A DNA stretch of 61,239 bases, the filler included, from Platydemus manokwari (lineage: Eukaryota): the NCBI GenBank assembly GCA_037951405.1. It is 6 parts of 6 records of this genome, joined end to end, with 100 filler letters (N's around TTAATTAATTAA, not from the genome) between each part and the next. Parts side by side here need not be neighbours in the genome. Positions count along the whole stretch, not along the records: positions 11,032 to 20,322 come from JBBMOY011271317.1; positions 20,423 to 29,165 come from JBBMOY011357205.1; 4 more parts are not named here. One strand, given 5' to 3'. The notes under the pieces are model-generated. The model was not told the DNA's origin and searched no databases. It saw only the letters and a program-made list of their open reading frames with translations. Positions 11,105 to 25,100 of this stretch are shown here, piece after piece. A program made the translations under genes and the position numbers. Numbering within the stretch: the first letter of the stretch is position 1; each line of letters starts with the position of its first letter.

Positions 11105-11423
11105 AATACTAGTCATATTATTTTATTCAATACATCATTCGATTCGATAATTTATAATCGATGAAAATATTGTTTTGAAATTATTAAAGAATGAACTGAA
11201 GTTCGAAAAGCTATGAATTTGTTTTCATCCAATCACAAATCGATTCAATAAGTTGAAGGTCAATTTATTCTTAATTTTAGAAAGATTTAATTATATCATC
11301 AGTACTGATTATTGATTTGAATGACAAACAAAAATACAAGAACATTGTATCGATATTTGGATTTTTGCCATTATTTGATAAATATATCTGGTTTACAGTT
11401 CAAAACGAAAATACATTATTTAC

Positions 11424-14400
11424 TATGAACTGTAAATCTGATTTGTTTTTTGCAATGAGGAAATTGAATATTAATTTCAAATACGGTCGAGAATTTCCCA
11501 ATCGTTTCAGAACATCTTTGCAAATCGCCGCCCAATTTGAATTGTTTGCTTGACCACTTTGAGTATTGAATCCCGCTAGGCATAAGCGTAATATTTCACT
11601 ATCAAGTCCTTTGTCTGCCAAAATTGCTTGTTAATTTCAAAGTGACTACACAAAGCTTAAATACCGTTGGGAATTCGTTTCAAATATTGCAGGGCAACAT
11701 CAAAATTCAGAGTGACCAATGCCATTGCGGCCGCTCTTTCTTTATTTTCAAGACTGATGATATAAATATGAACAAATGAAATTCCATAGTAACGTTGTAC
11801 CTTTCTAAAATGTAACGCCATTTTTCAATTGGCTGATCAAACGGCCAACCACAAGACGTGAATATTTTTGTACTGGATTGTTTTATGATTCATTTATTAG
11901 TATATAAATATCAATATGCTCACCGGAAAGAATGGACATATTTTGGAAATGGTAGAATGTCATACATTTGATTCCAACGTACTTCCTCTGGCCGACTATC
12001 GGAAGAAATCAATCTAAAACTAATCTCCAAACTATAGCGATTGATAACCACAGTTGCTACATCAGATATGCCATCTATAGCTCCACTAAATGAGCTGTCT
12101 TGATGAAATAAAATTAATTAATCTTTAAGAAAAGAAATGCAGCACAAAACAAAAGTACATTTGGATTTACTTCCAAACCCTTCGATACCATAATTATTTG
12201 AGGCGTCTGGTAAAGATAAATATATAAATGAAAACATCAGAACCATTTATCAGTAGTACTTTCAATCCATGACCAAAATGTTTTCAGTTCAGAATTATCA
12301 GTGAACATCGATGAATATGGATTGTCTTTTGATAGAGACTGAATAAAATCAAATATTCAAATATATGTACTCGCACACACACATACATATAGTTGTAAAA
12401 CTCTAACATTTCTATACGACTTTAAGGGAATTTTAAATCACTTATTCAAAATTTAACTCTGAGATCTCCGTTCCTCAGATAACATTCAAATAATATCCCA
12501 TTAAAAAAAACTCAAAATATAACATATTATATTGGATGAGATAATTTGGTCTGGTTTTCGAAGTTACAAAACAGTTTTGAAAGATCCTTCATTTATCATT
12601 TAATCATTGAACATTCATTCAACCCGTTGACAATAAAATCCAGATGATTATGGTAACGGTGATATCATCAAAAATACTTAAATCCATCAATATAAAACCG
12701 CTATTAGAAATGTGAGAAGAAAAGTTTAAAGATTTAATTCAGATTTTATATAAAATTATATTTTTATTTATATAATTGTATTTGAATATATAATTTGGTT
12801 TCGTGACTTTTCAGTTCGTTTTCAATGTGTTTTATAAAATAGTAACCGTGTACATAGTGACCACGCATCTGGATTCGACTTTGAAAAGAGAGGGAGGAAA
12901 ATATTGAGAATATATAAATAAGAAACAAAGATATAAAGGAAATATAAAAACATATAATGAAGATAGAAGAATTAGATATTTATATGTAGATGAATATGCC
13001 GAGTATTCGATACGAAATCAAATAGGAACACAAAGAAAATTAAAGATTTTAAAAAAAAGAGGATGTGATGTGGATTTTATATGAAATTATATTAATTTGT
13101 TTTGTATAATTGTTTTTAAATATATAATTTGATGATGTGACTTTTCAATTCATTTTCAATGCGTGTTTTATTAAAAATAGTAGCGGCTTACAAGAAGTAA
13201 TGAGTTACACATTTGTTCGATTCAGAAAAGGAAACAGATTGAATTGGTGATCTAAAAATAGCACTCAAATTCGAGAAAGATTTTTCTGAATTATCAATCG
13301 ACAAGAAATGGAAATCTTTCAACAAAGATCAATCTTTGTAGCAGCAAAAAAAATTGGCCTTATATAAGAATATATTTTTTCCCAATCAGAAAAGACGATC
13401 CATATGAGATCTTTATGAAGTCTTTATCAAATCGAATACAATCCAAAAACATCCGTCGATGAAACTATTTCAAATAAATAAATATTAAATTATATCCAAT
13501 ATTATTATTATTATTATAAATCCATATACTTCAGATCTATGCGGTATATCATGAGATTATGATTAGAAAATTAAGATTTTAAACAAAAACATACTGAAAA
13601 ATGCCGAAACATTTGATTTTAAAAAATGCATATCAGTCATACTACTACCACGACACACACACACACATATAAACTACTTACTACATATAATAAGTAGTTT
13701 ATAATTTATTTGTTTTTATATTATGCGCTAATGGAATCATTTATAAATCACGAAATATTTTTGATGCCATTTTCTTCTTTAATTACACATAAGCCATATT
13801 TTCCCTTACATCCCCCGTTCCACTTAACTTACTTTCAATCCATATCCGTTTTGAGCTCTCAATTGCATGATATAACTGATATCGTTTTCAAGAAAATCCA
13901 AATGACTATTTTTCGAAAAACCAATATTGGTATCACCGCTATCATTAGATAAGTTTTCTATTTTTGCCACATTCGTTTTCGAAAGCTGTTCCGTATTTTT
14001 AGCCGATATGCCCGAATCAGACATCATTTCTCGTCGATAAGAACAAATATTCAAATCATTGTTTTGAGTGCAGACAAATTTTTGTTCCGCTGACCACGCC
14101 TGAATAAATCGGACAGACGTGATTATCTTTAAACAAATATTTTCATAAAAATTATCTAACAAAGCTTCGACGAGTTCTCAAATGCACCAATTCAAATTGG
14201 TCGTCTGCTAATAATAAAAGAATACAATTTTCGATTTGCCTGTGCCAAGTAGAAGATATGATGTTGACATCGGAACTAGCTGAAATGTTATACGATATTC
14301 AATAAATCATATCAATGAAGTTTATGCTGTCAACTAATATTTTAAAATATTAAATATTAACAATAATGTCTAGCTCTTGAAAATCGGACTCAATTATTAA

Positions 14401-15917
14401 TGGGAATTATTTTAGAAATATGATTATAAAAGTTATTCCAACTTAAAGAACTAATAGAATATGTAGCCAACTATTATTAGAACAGACAAGATTAAATGTC
14501 GCGACACAAGTTATTGAATAAAAATTTAAATAACTAACAAATATATTGCAGTTTTCATTTACCAAAAATGAATTTATTTATGTGGAAAATCTAAATGTAA
14601 ATTTATTAACAGCTAAGCTAAATTATCTACATGGATTTAATATTGGTAATTTCATTTCAAAATTTAAATCAATACCATGTTAAGTTTTAGAAACCAATAC
14701 ATCAAAACAAAGCTTGCTTTATGATCATTTAAAAAAATACAATTTAGTAATATGATAGTGCTGGATATTATATAAATTTTTCTGAACTCGTTAATAACCA
14801 TTAAAATTTTAAAAGAATCATATAAAAAATGTAGTTTTGTTGAAGACTTTGGGCAATATCAATTGACATAAATAAAAAAGAAGATACAGATATTAATATT
14901 CATTTTATCAAAAATTAATTTGAAGAAATTTTATTAAATCAATATGTTGGAGTCAGAAACAATGTCATTTCATATATCTTCTAATTCTATCGGAACTTCA
15001 AATTTTAATAATTTTAAAAAGACTAAATACATTTTAATAAACTATTATTTATGAAAATGCAAGCTAAAATGTATCATAAAGAATTCATAAATTACATAAT
15101 AATAATTTTGATAAAATATAAGAAAATTATGACCTTATATAAAGGGAGTATTTTATTAAATCCAATACATTGTCCACCGAGAAAGGTAATTAGATTAGAA
15201 AATAAAAAATGGCAAAATAATATTTGACCGAAAAGCAGAAAAGCGCCATCTCAACATTATTTTTGGATAATCATTGCATCTTGATTGATAGGAGATTATT
15301 TAATACATTTTGTGAAGTTATTTTTCATTGTTTCATGATTTTCTCTTTCAGAAGTTCACAGCGTGTTTTCGTTAGCGATCAATCTATCTCCCTATGCTTA
15401 TTGATATAAATAATAAATAAATAAACATCATTTCATGAGTATAATGGTAATTATTTATTGATTTTACACAATTGTTTGATCTACATATTCGAATTTTGGT
15501 ATTCAATTCATTTCAATTCATTTTTCTGAAGAACATTTCAACTTCATTTTCATAAACGAAACAAATACCATTTAACAATTGTTTATAATTTCTTATACTC
15601 TACACGAGTAATTTCACTTTTCACTGCATAATAAAATTTTCATTTTTTATATATTAAAAAGTTTTAACCAATTTAATACCAGAGTTCTCCATAGCGTATT
15701 ATATCTAATCAAAAACTACCGGAAAGGACACCATCTTTTAAAAGAATTGCTTAATTTTATAAAATTTTACATTCTCAGAAATTTCCCACCATTTCTCCTT
15801 TCTATTTTTCAGTTTTCATCAGTAATTATCAATTATATAAAATTATATATAACTTATTTTATCTGTATTTAATCCATATATAAAATCAATAAACTTTACA
15901 TAATTATTAGATACTCA

Positions 15918-15954
<37 letters not shown>

Positions 15955-18950
15955 TAATAATAATAATTTTAACAAAAGCAATAACAATAAAATTAATAAT
16001 AATAACAATCATTATAATAATTATTAATATTTTATTATTAATAATAAATGTTTCTAAATAATTTGATTTATGATGAATATTTTATTTCTCAATTTGTTTT
16101 CGAATTCTAAAAGTATTCCACGATAAAAATAAATTATCACGTGATTAGATATAAAATCATCAAACAATAAATCCAAAAGGTCTCAATCACATGCAGTAGA
16201 CACGCTGATTGAGAATGGTATCTGATATACACACTGACATACATACATACATACATACATATCAACAATCTTGTCAACTGGTTACATTAGATGAGATACA
16301 ATTGATATCATTTAAAAATATTTCCAAGGATTAAGCTAGACATTACTATTTTTATAAATATTAATGTTAGAATATTTCTGTAAAAAATGACTAACATTTG
16401 ATATATCGATCAATTAAAGCGTGTTCCACTTCTTGCAATTCATTGATCAAAGCTATTTTAGTATCGAGAATTCTGATATATGGTTTATCTTTGAAAGTTA
16501 CAGACAGATACCCTTGTCTGGATTGATGAAATTATAATTATTGGAACAATTATCACAATACAACCTGAGTGGATTCCATTCAATATATTCGACATTTGCA
16601 TCTTCAACATATGTCAATATCTACAACATCATGGAATCAGTATAGATAATAAATATTATGATTTCTCCATACAATCGGAAACTGGTTCTATCAAATTATC
16701 CAGATACCATTTTATTATCTATTACGATTTTCAAAAATTAAAATCCTTTAGAAATTTTTAGAAATTTCATCAAAAAATTTTCGATTAATCAGTTTAATTA
16801 TTAATTCATTTATTTCTTCTCGCCTTTATTCGAGGTCAAAGAGCGAGTGAAGCTACCAGATATATTTGTGTCGTGTATAGGGAGGACTCTATGCTAGACC
16901 ACACGCCACAAAAACTGTCAAGAAGGCACTCCAAGAGCTCGGTCGGGAGGTTCTTCAACATCTCCCATATTCCCCAGATCTCACCCGACGGATTACCATC
17001 TCTTCCGCTGCCTTTCAAATGAAATGAGAAGTCTTTGTTTCGAAAATCAGGATCATCTTGAGAATTGGCTCAACAACTTCTTCGAGACTCGATCTAAGAA
17101 TTTCTGGCGAAATTGAATCAATAAACTAGTGGGAAGATGGGAAAAAGTAGTGAACAACGAAGGAGAGTACATATTTGATTGAAGTGTTATTATTTTTTCT
17201 GTTAAAATTCTTTGATTTCTTTGAAAATAAATGTTTAAAAACAGCGGGAACTTATGCAAAAACCCAATGTTAATATATTGTTTGAATATATTTTAGAATA
17301 AAAAGATGACACTTCATGACAAGATTAAACGAATTTCACAAATTTTAAAAGCCTAATAAATAAATTTGAACTTGGTTATAATCGATACTTGCTAAATGAC
17401 ATGGCAATCGATAAGCCATTCAAGATTGGCAGTTAAGATGGATTAAATAACATTATCCTGGTTCAACTAGTAGAAGATGAAGAAAAACTCAACGAAGAAA
17501 TGTACTCATACTGAAGATAAGTTGCTGAGGTTTTCCATTATAAGAAACAGAAGACAAACGATTTGAACTTAATTATAGTACACGTGGTCACCGACTTTCG
17601 TACTTAAATCGCTAATTAAATGTATGCAAAAATTAATAAATAAATAACTAATAAATCGACATTAATAAATGTATCAAAAATTTCTGCCTACCTCTGGAGA
17701 AAGGGGAAACTAAAGACTAATGCCTGTTAATAATCGTCGAGATAAGTGCTATTAATAAGGAAATGCGCGCGATTTGGCAATACATATTAACACATTTGGT
17801 TTTCGTTCTTTTTTTCTTAAGCATTTCATATATAAATGCTCTTCCATGCATTATAATTGACGAAAAACTATATCGGTTTTTCTCAAATGGCATCTTCTCA
17901 ATTTTGTTTACAACTACAGAAAGAATAATTCACTGAAATATTTGAAAAAATTAGAATAACAACTGAGATTTAGAGAAGAATTATCAACCAGTATATACCA
18001 CACGATATTCCAAGAATATTCAATAAGATAGCACAAATAAATAGCATTTAATGTGTTATAAAACTGTTTTAGATAAATAATGGAATAAATATTCGCAAGA
18101 TTTGATAAGGGAAACATGATCGAAAATTAATTCTTACATATTGATCAAAATCATTCCATCACTGGATGTCTTAAAAATTAAATATTTACAACTCAACATG
18201 GTAATTTAATATAATAAGGCGATGATTGTTGGTGATCATGAAGCTATATTGTTTAGGATTTCAATTTCAGTCCTTGTTACCACCAAAAAAAATCTTCAGT
18301 GACTTCGAGATGCAATAATCGAATATATTCTACACACCATCATATCAGGAAACCCCCACGATTTATTCGACAAATATAATTTAATATATTTTATAAAAGA
18401 AAAAAACGTCATTGCTTTTCAATATGTTATTTTGAGATTGGACTTCAAAAATTTCATAAATAGAACAATCCTCATTTTGGATCAATGTGAAAATATTATA
18501 ATCCATTTTAGCTTACCGGTTTGTCGAGACTTTCCTCCTTCCAAATCACTATTTTTTCCTAATTAATTATTTATATTTTTCATAGCAAAACTGATAACAA
18601 AATTACATCAATAAATGAGGATATGAGATTTGAGTGATGAATGTCTAGACATAGACTACTCGTGGCGTCTGTATTAACGATTTTCAAGTGATTTTGTCCT
18701 ACAAAATACAAAATGACATCGTTTTCAATTGGTTGATAACTCAAATATTCACTATATTAAATCTCAGACTGATTTTCAAACAATTACTTGCTGCTGTATT
18801 GTAAAACAAAAAACAACTAACATAGAAAACAATTCTAAATGTCGTTAATGATGCTTAAAATAACAAAATCATAACCAAAAATTAGATCCAATAAACTTGG
18901 CACTATTAAGAAAACGTATCGCATAAATGCTACAATCTGACAAACGCTGC
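11424..18950 (-). CDS. MIOS: GATOR2 complex subunit MIOS (WD-repeat protein mio), partial multi-exon gene
   Basis: GT-AG exons: 18897-18950, 18607-18698, 18517-18558, 16565-16620, 16396-16517, 14161-14279, 13833-14099, 12260-12338, 12159-12206, 11924-12098, 11801-11872, 11665-11753, 11424-11626. Phase-consistent from 18698 down; one small exon between 18897 and 18698 is unresolved. Peptides match MIOS: VNTDATSSLCLD...ISSFID, KIVIW..LDKP, IEWNPLRQGYL, TWHRQIENC, AWSA, DISYIMQLRAQNGYGL, LKTFWSWI, SCGW, ERAAAMAL, LAGF...W...C...PYLKLIFNFL. Confidence 0.9.
12740..13230 (+). repeat. Local degenerate direct duplication (~150 bp units at ~12740 and ~13070) in a MIOS intron
   Basis: gattttatataaaattata...gtgactttt..ttttcaatg..aaaatagta occurs twice with moderate divergence. 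Confidence 0.7.
15920..16045. repeat. (AAT)n microsatellite / low-complexity tract
   Basis: Direct inspection. Confidence 0.9.
16890..17268 (+). mobile_element. mariner transposon 3' fragment with right TIR
   Basis: ARPHATKTVKKALQELGREVLQHLPYSPDL(fs)PTDYHLFRCLSNEM...NWLNNFF...INKLVGRWEKVVNNEGEYIFD*, followed by TIR-like gggaacttatgcaaaaacccaat. Confidence 0.9.
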
Positions 18951-19718
18951 CTGATAAATATGAAGTTCAAATACGTTAATAATGAGCCTAACTGCGGTTT
19001 ATTTTAACACTTAGAAAATATAATACTTCATTTTAATAATCATACTAAAACGATACAAACTATCGATATGTGGTAAAAAAGGGGGAATTTATTGAACTAC
19101 ATATTGTTAAACAAATGTAGCCTGGTTATACAGACGGTTTAAATATACGACGAGAACATACTCAGCTAATTATATTTATTTTATGGTTTTTATTTTAATT
19201 ATATTATTATTAATAATAATAAAGAAGTCATTGGTTCGAATCCACCATTAATCAAATTATAAAATGGTGCATTTATTGTACGAAGTATGTCTACTGGAGG
19301 ACTAAATGCTCAGATTGTCAATGGTCCAATCAGAAATCCTTCAAACCACTTACAATTATTAATGTAAAGTTTGATACTAGTCATTTCATAAAACACAGAT
19401 CTATCTATTTTTCTGACTCGGCTTTTAATTTAGATTTTCAACAAGGTATTCCATATTTAAAATGACAATTATACACACGGGTTATATCCCTCTCATAAGA
19501 TTCAATCAAAAATAATTGTCAAAAAATTAAACTTGATTTCAATACAATCTTGTGTTATTAGAGCAAAATCCACTCATAGCTGTTAATACAACATCGTGCA
19601 CGTAAATGGGAACAATTTTACTACTGTTTTGCCATTCACGATACAAAATAAATTTCAGAAAATAAACGACACTTTAACTATTATTCTCTAAATACTTTTA
19701 ATTTTAAATTATATGTAT

Positions 19719-20322
19719 CAGTGGTTTTTAACCAGTGTTCCACCAGTACACTCCAGGGATTCCGCAATTTCTAAAACCCATTTGTAGAATTTGAGTCATC
19801 TAAAGAACAGTTCACATTAGCGGAGGAAGAAGAACTTGCTAGTGTTCTAAATGAAAGGACATTAAAGTTGAAGTATTTTGAGCTTAACCTGAAACCATTT
19901 TAGTTGCTGGTTGAAAAGGATTATCCTATAATTGCCCAGAAAGAGCTACGACTTCTTGTGCAATTTTCAATCTCATATTTGTGTTAATCTGGCTTTTCAG
20001 CTCTGACAACCATCAAACACAAAGAACGAGCACAATTGCTGTCTGTGGAAGATGAACTTCGTGTGCGTGTATTGCAAAAACACAACAGAATCTTAAAGAG
20101 TTGTGCAAGAAACACCAGGCTCAAATTTCACACTGAGTTTTTGATAAGAATAAATTTAGTTTATCCAAACATGTACAATTTTGTTTTCATTTCATCAACA
20201 AACACCTACAATAGTCCGAACATAAATACTTTTATTTCATTTTCAAAAATAAATGCTGTTTTCTGCATAAAACAATTAAATTATTGCACAGGGGTTCCTC
20301 GGCCATAGGAATGTTTCCGTTG
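19719..20322 (+). mobile_element. Internally deleted hAT (Charlie/Buster, ZBED5/8-like) element
   Basis: Left TIR CAGTGGTTTTTAACC...GGGATTCCGC joined directly to the transposase C-terminus NPF...EEEELAS...LKPF*...DYP...FSISYLC*SGFSAL..IK.K.R..L.VEDELRV...QAQISH* (19775-20136); right end lost in the gap. Confidence 0.88.
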
Positions 20323-20423
20323 NNNNNNNNNNNNNNNNNNNNNNNNNNNNNNNNNNNNNNNNNNNNTTAATTAATTAANNNNNNNNNNNNNNNNNNNNNN
20401 NNNNNNNNNNNNNNNNNNNNNNA

Positions 20424-20496
20424 TGTTTAAATGATTTGGTAAAACAAAAACTTTAAACAACTAAAAAACATGAATAACTTTTGACTCAGCCTAATA
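20424..20496. mobile_element. mariner terminal fragment identical to 11032-11104
   Basis: 73/73 identity, again immediately after a gap. Confidence 0.65.
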
Positions 20497-21573
20497 GAAT
20501 CATACAACGATGGCAATCAACCAATCACAGCTGAGTTTGATGGAAAACGATAATTTGAAAAGGGACATAGCTAAACAATAACACACCATAGGGATTGATT
20601 AATCCACGCATACAAAACCCAATAAGCCCAATAGAAACATGGAAACGTAAAGGTCAAATTAAAATGTGATACAAGCCTGACTCAAAAATTACACAGATTC
20701 GATGTAAAGATGACCAACTGAAAGTTGGAAACCAAGTTTTGGTTACGTGTTTTGAGTTATTATATTAAATTTATGAGTCGTACTGTTCAGTACGTGCGTT
20801 GGAAATAGAGCTTACAATCCTCGATTTTTGGAGTCAGGAATTATTTGGTTATTCACAATCTAGACCCAACAATATACATTTTAATTGTATAAAAACGACA
20901 TCATAATAAAAGATAAGAATCACATTTCTGTGAAATATCTGTGTAATTAATTGTCATTTACATGTTTGAGATTATTGAGATGATTTAGACTTGATTAATT
21001 ATCATTCTAGCTCAATCGATTATTGGTGAATCAGTTGAGGTAAGTCCTAAACAAACATGTCACGAAGAGCTTTAATTATATTTGACTATAACATAGTTCC
21101 CCTTACGAATATCATTTGTCATGATAAAATATAGGTCAAGTTGAGTGTAAATAGAATCTGTATAATTCCACAAACATAAATCAATATTTCTTTTCTTCTT
21201 AAGTCTTTGGGCTGGAGTTGGTGCTGTTATATGGAAAGCTAGTGTTTGTAACCAAACTCTTATGGAGATTACACTTATAACTACTAAACTACATTATAAT
21301 ATACGACTGTTGTTTTGTGTTTATTATATTATAGTTTTATAGAAGAAATATTTTTATCGGAGTGTTCATATTCTTATCAATTATCTTATCGATTATTTAT
21401 AATGCGCTTTAATTGAATTACATAACGTGACATTCTATAGAAAATTGATTATTGATGGAATATCTTAAAATCTTCTAATCATTGACTTAGATATTATCAC
21501 CATATTATTGATTCAAGTTATAGTTGATAACTGACTCAAAGAATCGATATTTATTTAGCATAAACAAGGATTT

Positions 21574-22150
21574 TCACCACCTGGTAAGAGAATTCCTCAC
21601 ATCAATTTTAAAATTGAAATAATACCTTGCATTGAAGCTTCCTACGTTGGACAAGAAATCTTCCTTCATTCCATTATTTGTCTGGAGAAATGCACATTTT
21701 TGCTGACAAAGATAAATGTGCTGGAAATCACTTTTGATGCCTGTGTAAATATTCATCCGGATAAATAGTTTCAAAATATTATTGACAAATATAACCTTTT
21801 TGCTAACACTTATCAACTGAAAAGTCACTTCAGACAAATGTTTGTGTCCGTTTTCGTCATAAATTAAGAACTGAAGTAGTTCAATAATTGAGATCATGTT
21901 TGAATAAAAATGAGAAACAATTCTTAGCAAAATTCTTATAATCTTATTTTTGACAGATTTTTTAGCCTTTTGGACAATCATGCCAAAGTCCATTCCAAAA
22001 ATAAACTATCGGGATAACATAGGATGGTAAGCACTATAGAAGTGACATGATTCAATATGATTGACAAAGGTTGTTTTCAAATAGCTGCAGAACCTCCTTT
22101 TGATCCTTCAATTTGGCTTTGGCGTGGTTTAAATGAAAATTCAGCTAAAA
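21574..22150 (-). mobile_element. Decayed LTR-retrotransposon pol fragments
   Basis: FIFGMDF (retropepsin C-terminal ILG-x-DF motif, ~21985-22005) and HIYLCQQKCAFLQ (RT L-x-x-x-KC-x-F motif, ~21680-21720). Confidence 0.35.
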
Positions 22151-25100
22151 GAGGCAAACTTGAACATTTCGAATATGTTACGGTACATCAAAATTTTATA
22201 AAATTTAATAAATCATTGATTGCTTTAAAATTGTTATTTTTGAATAGCTTATTGTATAAATAAAATTCCAAAATTAAAACGAAGTTTTTATTAGGTCTAT
22301 TGGCCATTATTTAATATTTCGAAAAATGTTCTTTACTTATGCACCTGAAGCAGAGTCACGATAATACAAAAAAAACTTACAATATAAAATAACACAAATA
22401 TAAGGTACATAATCGGTACAAGTCATGGATTAATGTAGCTTTAATTAATATAGGAAATAATATGTTCATGTGTTAAATACAAAACACAAAGAGTAATGAA
22501 GGTAATACAAGAGTTAAACACAAAGTTTCAAAGCATATTGGGATTTATACCGTCAAATAAAAATCCAAAAGCAAAAACCAATCAAATTTAATATAATCGA
22601 CAACAAACCAAGGAAAATGTTAAACTGGTTTTTTTTTATTTTTGAGGTGCAAGGATAATTAATGCAAGAGATAATGGATAATGGATACAACTTTGAGTTT
22701 GAGTTGCACCAGTAGCTTTTGCTTAATTTTGGATTAAAAAATCAACAAATAAATATTTTCTTATAAACAAATTTACTGCCACCACTGAGTACATTTAAGA
22801 GAGTTGTAAAGAATTTCAACGATTTGCTCTACTTATCACTAAATTGCTCTTAAACAATACCACTTTGGCTGCTTGAATGGTTGATTCAAATATATTTTCT
22901 TATCTGCATCTAATAAGAATTTTGATTTGCTTTGCTAAAACTGCATAATATTCCTTTATATTTTAGAAATGGTTTTCATTGAAAAAGTTAATACAGCGTA
23001 CTGGTTTATTTACTGATTTGAAATTCATCTTTTAACAAATCAGTTTTCATTTTTTGAAGTGGTATTTAAGTTATATTTTGAATAGAATATCAAATGTAAA
23101 ATTAGTAATGAAAAATTGAAATTCTTTTAACATAGTTCATAATAAATGAACTTCGTTATTGATTTTAAAAAATATTATTGATTTTTCTATATATCAACCT
23201 AACATTTAAAAGCATGTGTTCAAGCTGTTTTTGTCGCATTAGATCTGATAAAAGATGTTCTTAATTACAAAAGGCTAGCAATTAGTAGATCGACTTGAAT
23301 CACTTGAGCATTAACAAGAATATCTCTGAGCTCCTTAATCATTACAACCAAATGGTGGTTTACATAGAACTTATCCGAAATCATAAAAATGGAAAATAAT
23401 TTCAAAATCGAGAAGAAAATTAAATAAAATGTACTTCTGACCTATCAAATCTAACTGTATTGAGCTAGGTAAAAATGAACATGCCAGTTAATACAAGAAT
23501 AACAAATATTTTGTGGAATGTATTGCCACAGAAATAGTTATTTTTTATATCGAATCAGTAATGAAATATAAAATAATATCTATGTGATGAAACACCAGGA
23601 ACCATCGCCTATAATTTCTCTTAATATGAATGACATTTCCAAATTGACCGTTGATATGGCATGAATAGAAATGTTTATTTAAAAGCTTTTATTTACAACC
23701 GACATAAAGGTAAATTAGAGATCAGTCGCAATTAAACTCAGTTAATAGATTCAGTAAATTTATTTGATATTTAGATTTATATTTTTTAATTGTTTTGTAG
23801 TGCTACAAACATTGAAAGATAGTAATGTCGAACTAATAAGGGTAATCTAACGTACTCTTAACTTTTTCAAATATTTTTCAACAGTACTTGTTTCTAGAAT
23901 TTCTCTCCAGAGTTTCAACAAAGATTTAGTGATTTTGATCAATGCTTTTCTTTCAAAAGTAAAATTCAAAAAACAGCGGGTTATTATAAAAGAAATTGAT
24001 ACATTTTTTGTTTAGGAAACTTATGATTTGTTATTTTATTTAAAATTTCTACCAAAAATTAAATTTTAACGTTTTGAATTCATAAGTTTTGTTGAGAAAA
24101 ATAGTTGTCGCTAATTCTATAGCTTATATTTGAAGGGTCTGATGCCTGTAGGGCGGGTTATGAGCGTCAAGGATTGATTATACAATCAACTATACCTTTC
24201 AAATATTTTTTCACCTTTTAAATCTATTAATATATAAGTTACGATAATAAATATTTCGTTTGTACATTTTGTTGTATAATCTTTCTCAATTTTATTTTTA
24301 TATTTAAAAATACTTACACTATATGAAATTTTAAATTTTGTTATGTAATTATATAATAATAACTATTATTACTATTATATAATTATCATAATTATGTTTT
24401 TCAATGTTTTCTTATATAATTTTAGGATTTTTCCTTCATTCAAAAGAACTTAAAACAATTCTTCAAATTTGGAACCAAGTTAAAATAAAATTTAATATCA
24501 TGAAATTATTCGTTATTTGTTGAGAGCTGTGGTTGTGGAAAAATTAAATCACTTTTCAAATATCACATTTTGTATCGTGGTTTTAAAAATGAATTATCAA
24601 AAGAAAATACAAACAAAATATTTGAAGAACAAGATAAATTTTATGTAAAAATTTTAATCAAAGTAATTTGTCAAATTTATGCAGAGAAATTCTCCGAATA
24701 ATGTAATATCATTTCAATAATTCATGACTTCTAAATAAAATGAGATTACGAATCCTTCTGATTTAAAGAAAAATTAAAAATTAATAATACTTGAAGACTA
24801 CGTAACTGAAAAAATGAAGATAATTGTTTATCTAAAGTTGGTTTATGTAATACTTTTAATTTTATTATTTTGTTTAAATTGAATAAGAGATTTTTATATT
24901 AGTTATGTGGTTGGATTTTTTATATACATGGCGTAGTAGCTGCTTAGGCGATCCCAACATTATTACTAACAACTCAACTAAATTTACTCAGATTAATAAT
25001 CACAAAATAATAACACAATTATTTATAATATTTATTTTTCAACCAATAATTTTCATTCAAGAATTTTATGTTAAACAAGTTGGTATAGTAATCCTTCCAT

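Noticed and set aside
11290-11387. Acceptor + open frame right after the last confident MIOS exon
   Set aside because: The peptide (IYLSNNGKNPN...) does not match the expected DRVAFA region.
15224-15425. Plus-strand short ORF with an acceptor-like site and AATAAA signals inside a MIOS intron
   Set aside because: No recognisable protein; such signals are expected by chance at this AT content.
19225-19246. GGTTCGAATCC tRNA B-box (similar degenerate motif on - at ~49915-49940)
   Set aside because: No A-box or cloverleaf; at most a SINE remnant, not a tRNA.
20500-20760. Possible Gypsy integrase C-terminal debris (NNTP, LKVGNQVLV); similar at 54790-54900 (-)
   Set aside because: Too short and decayed to assign.
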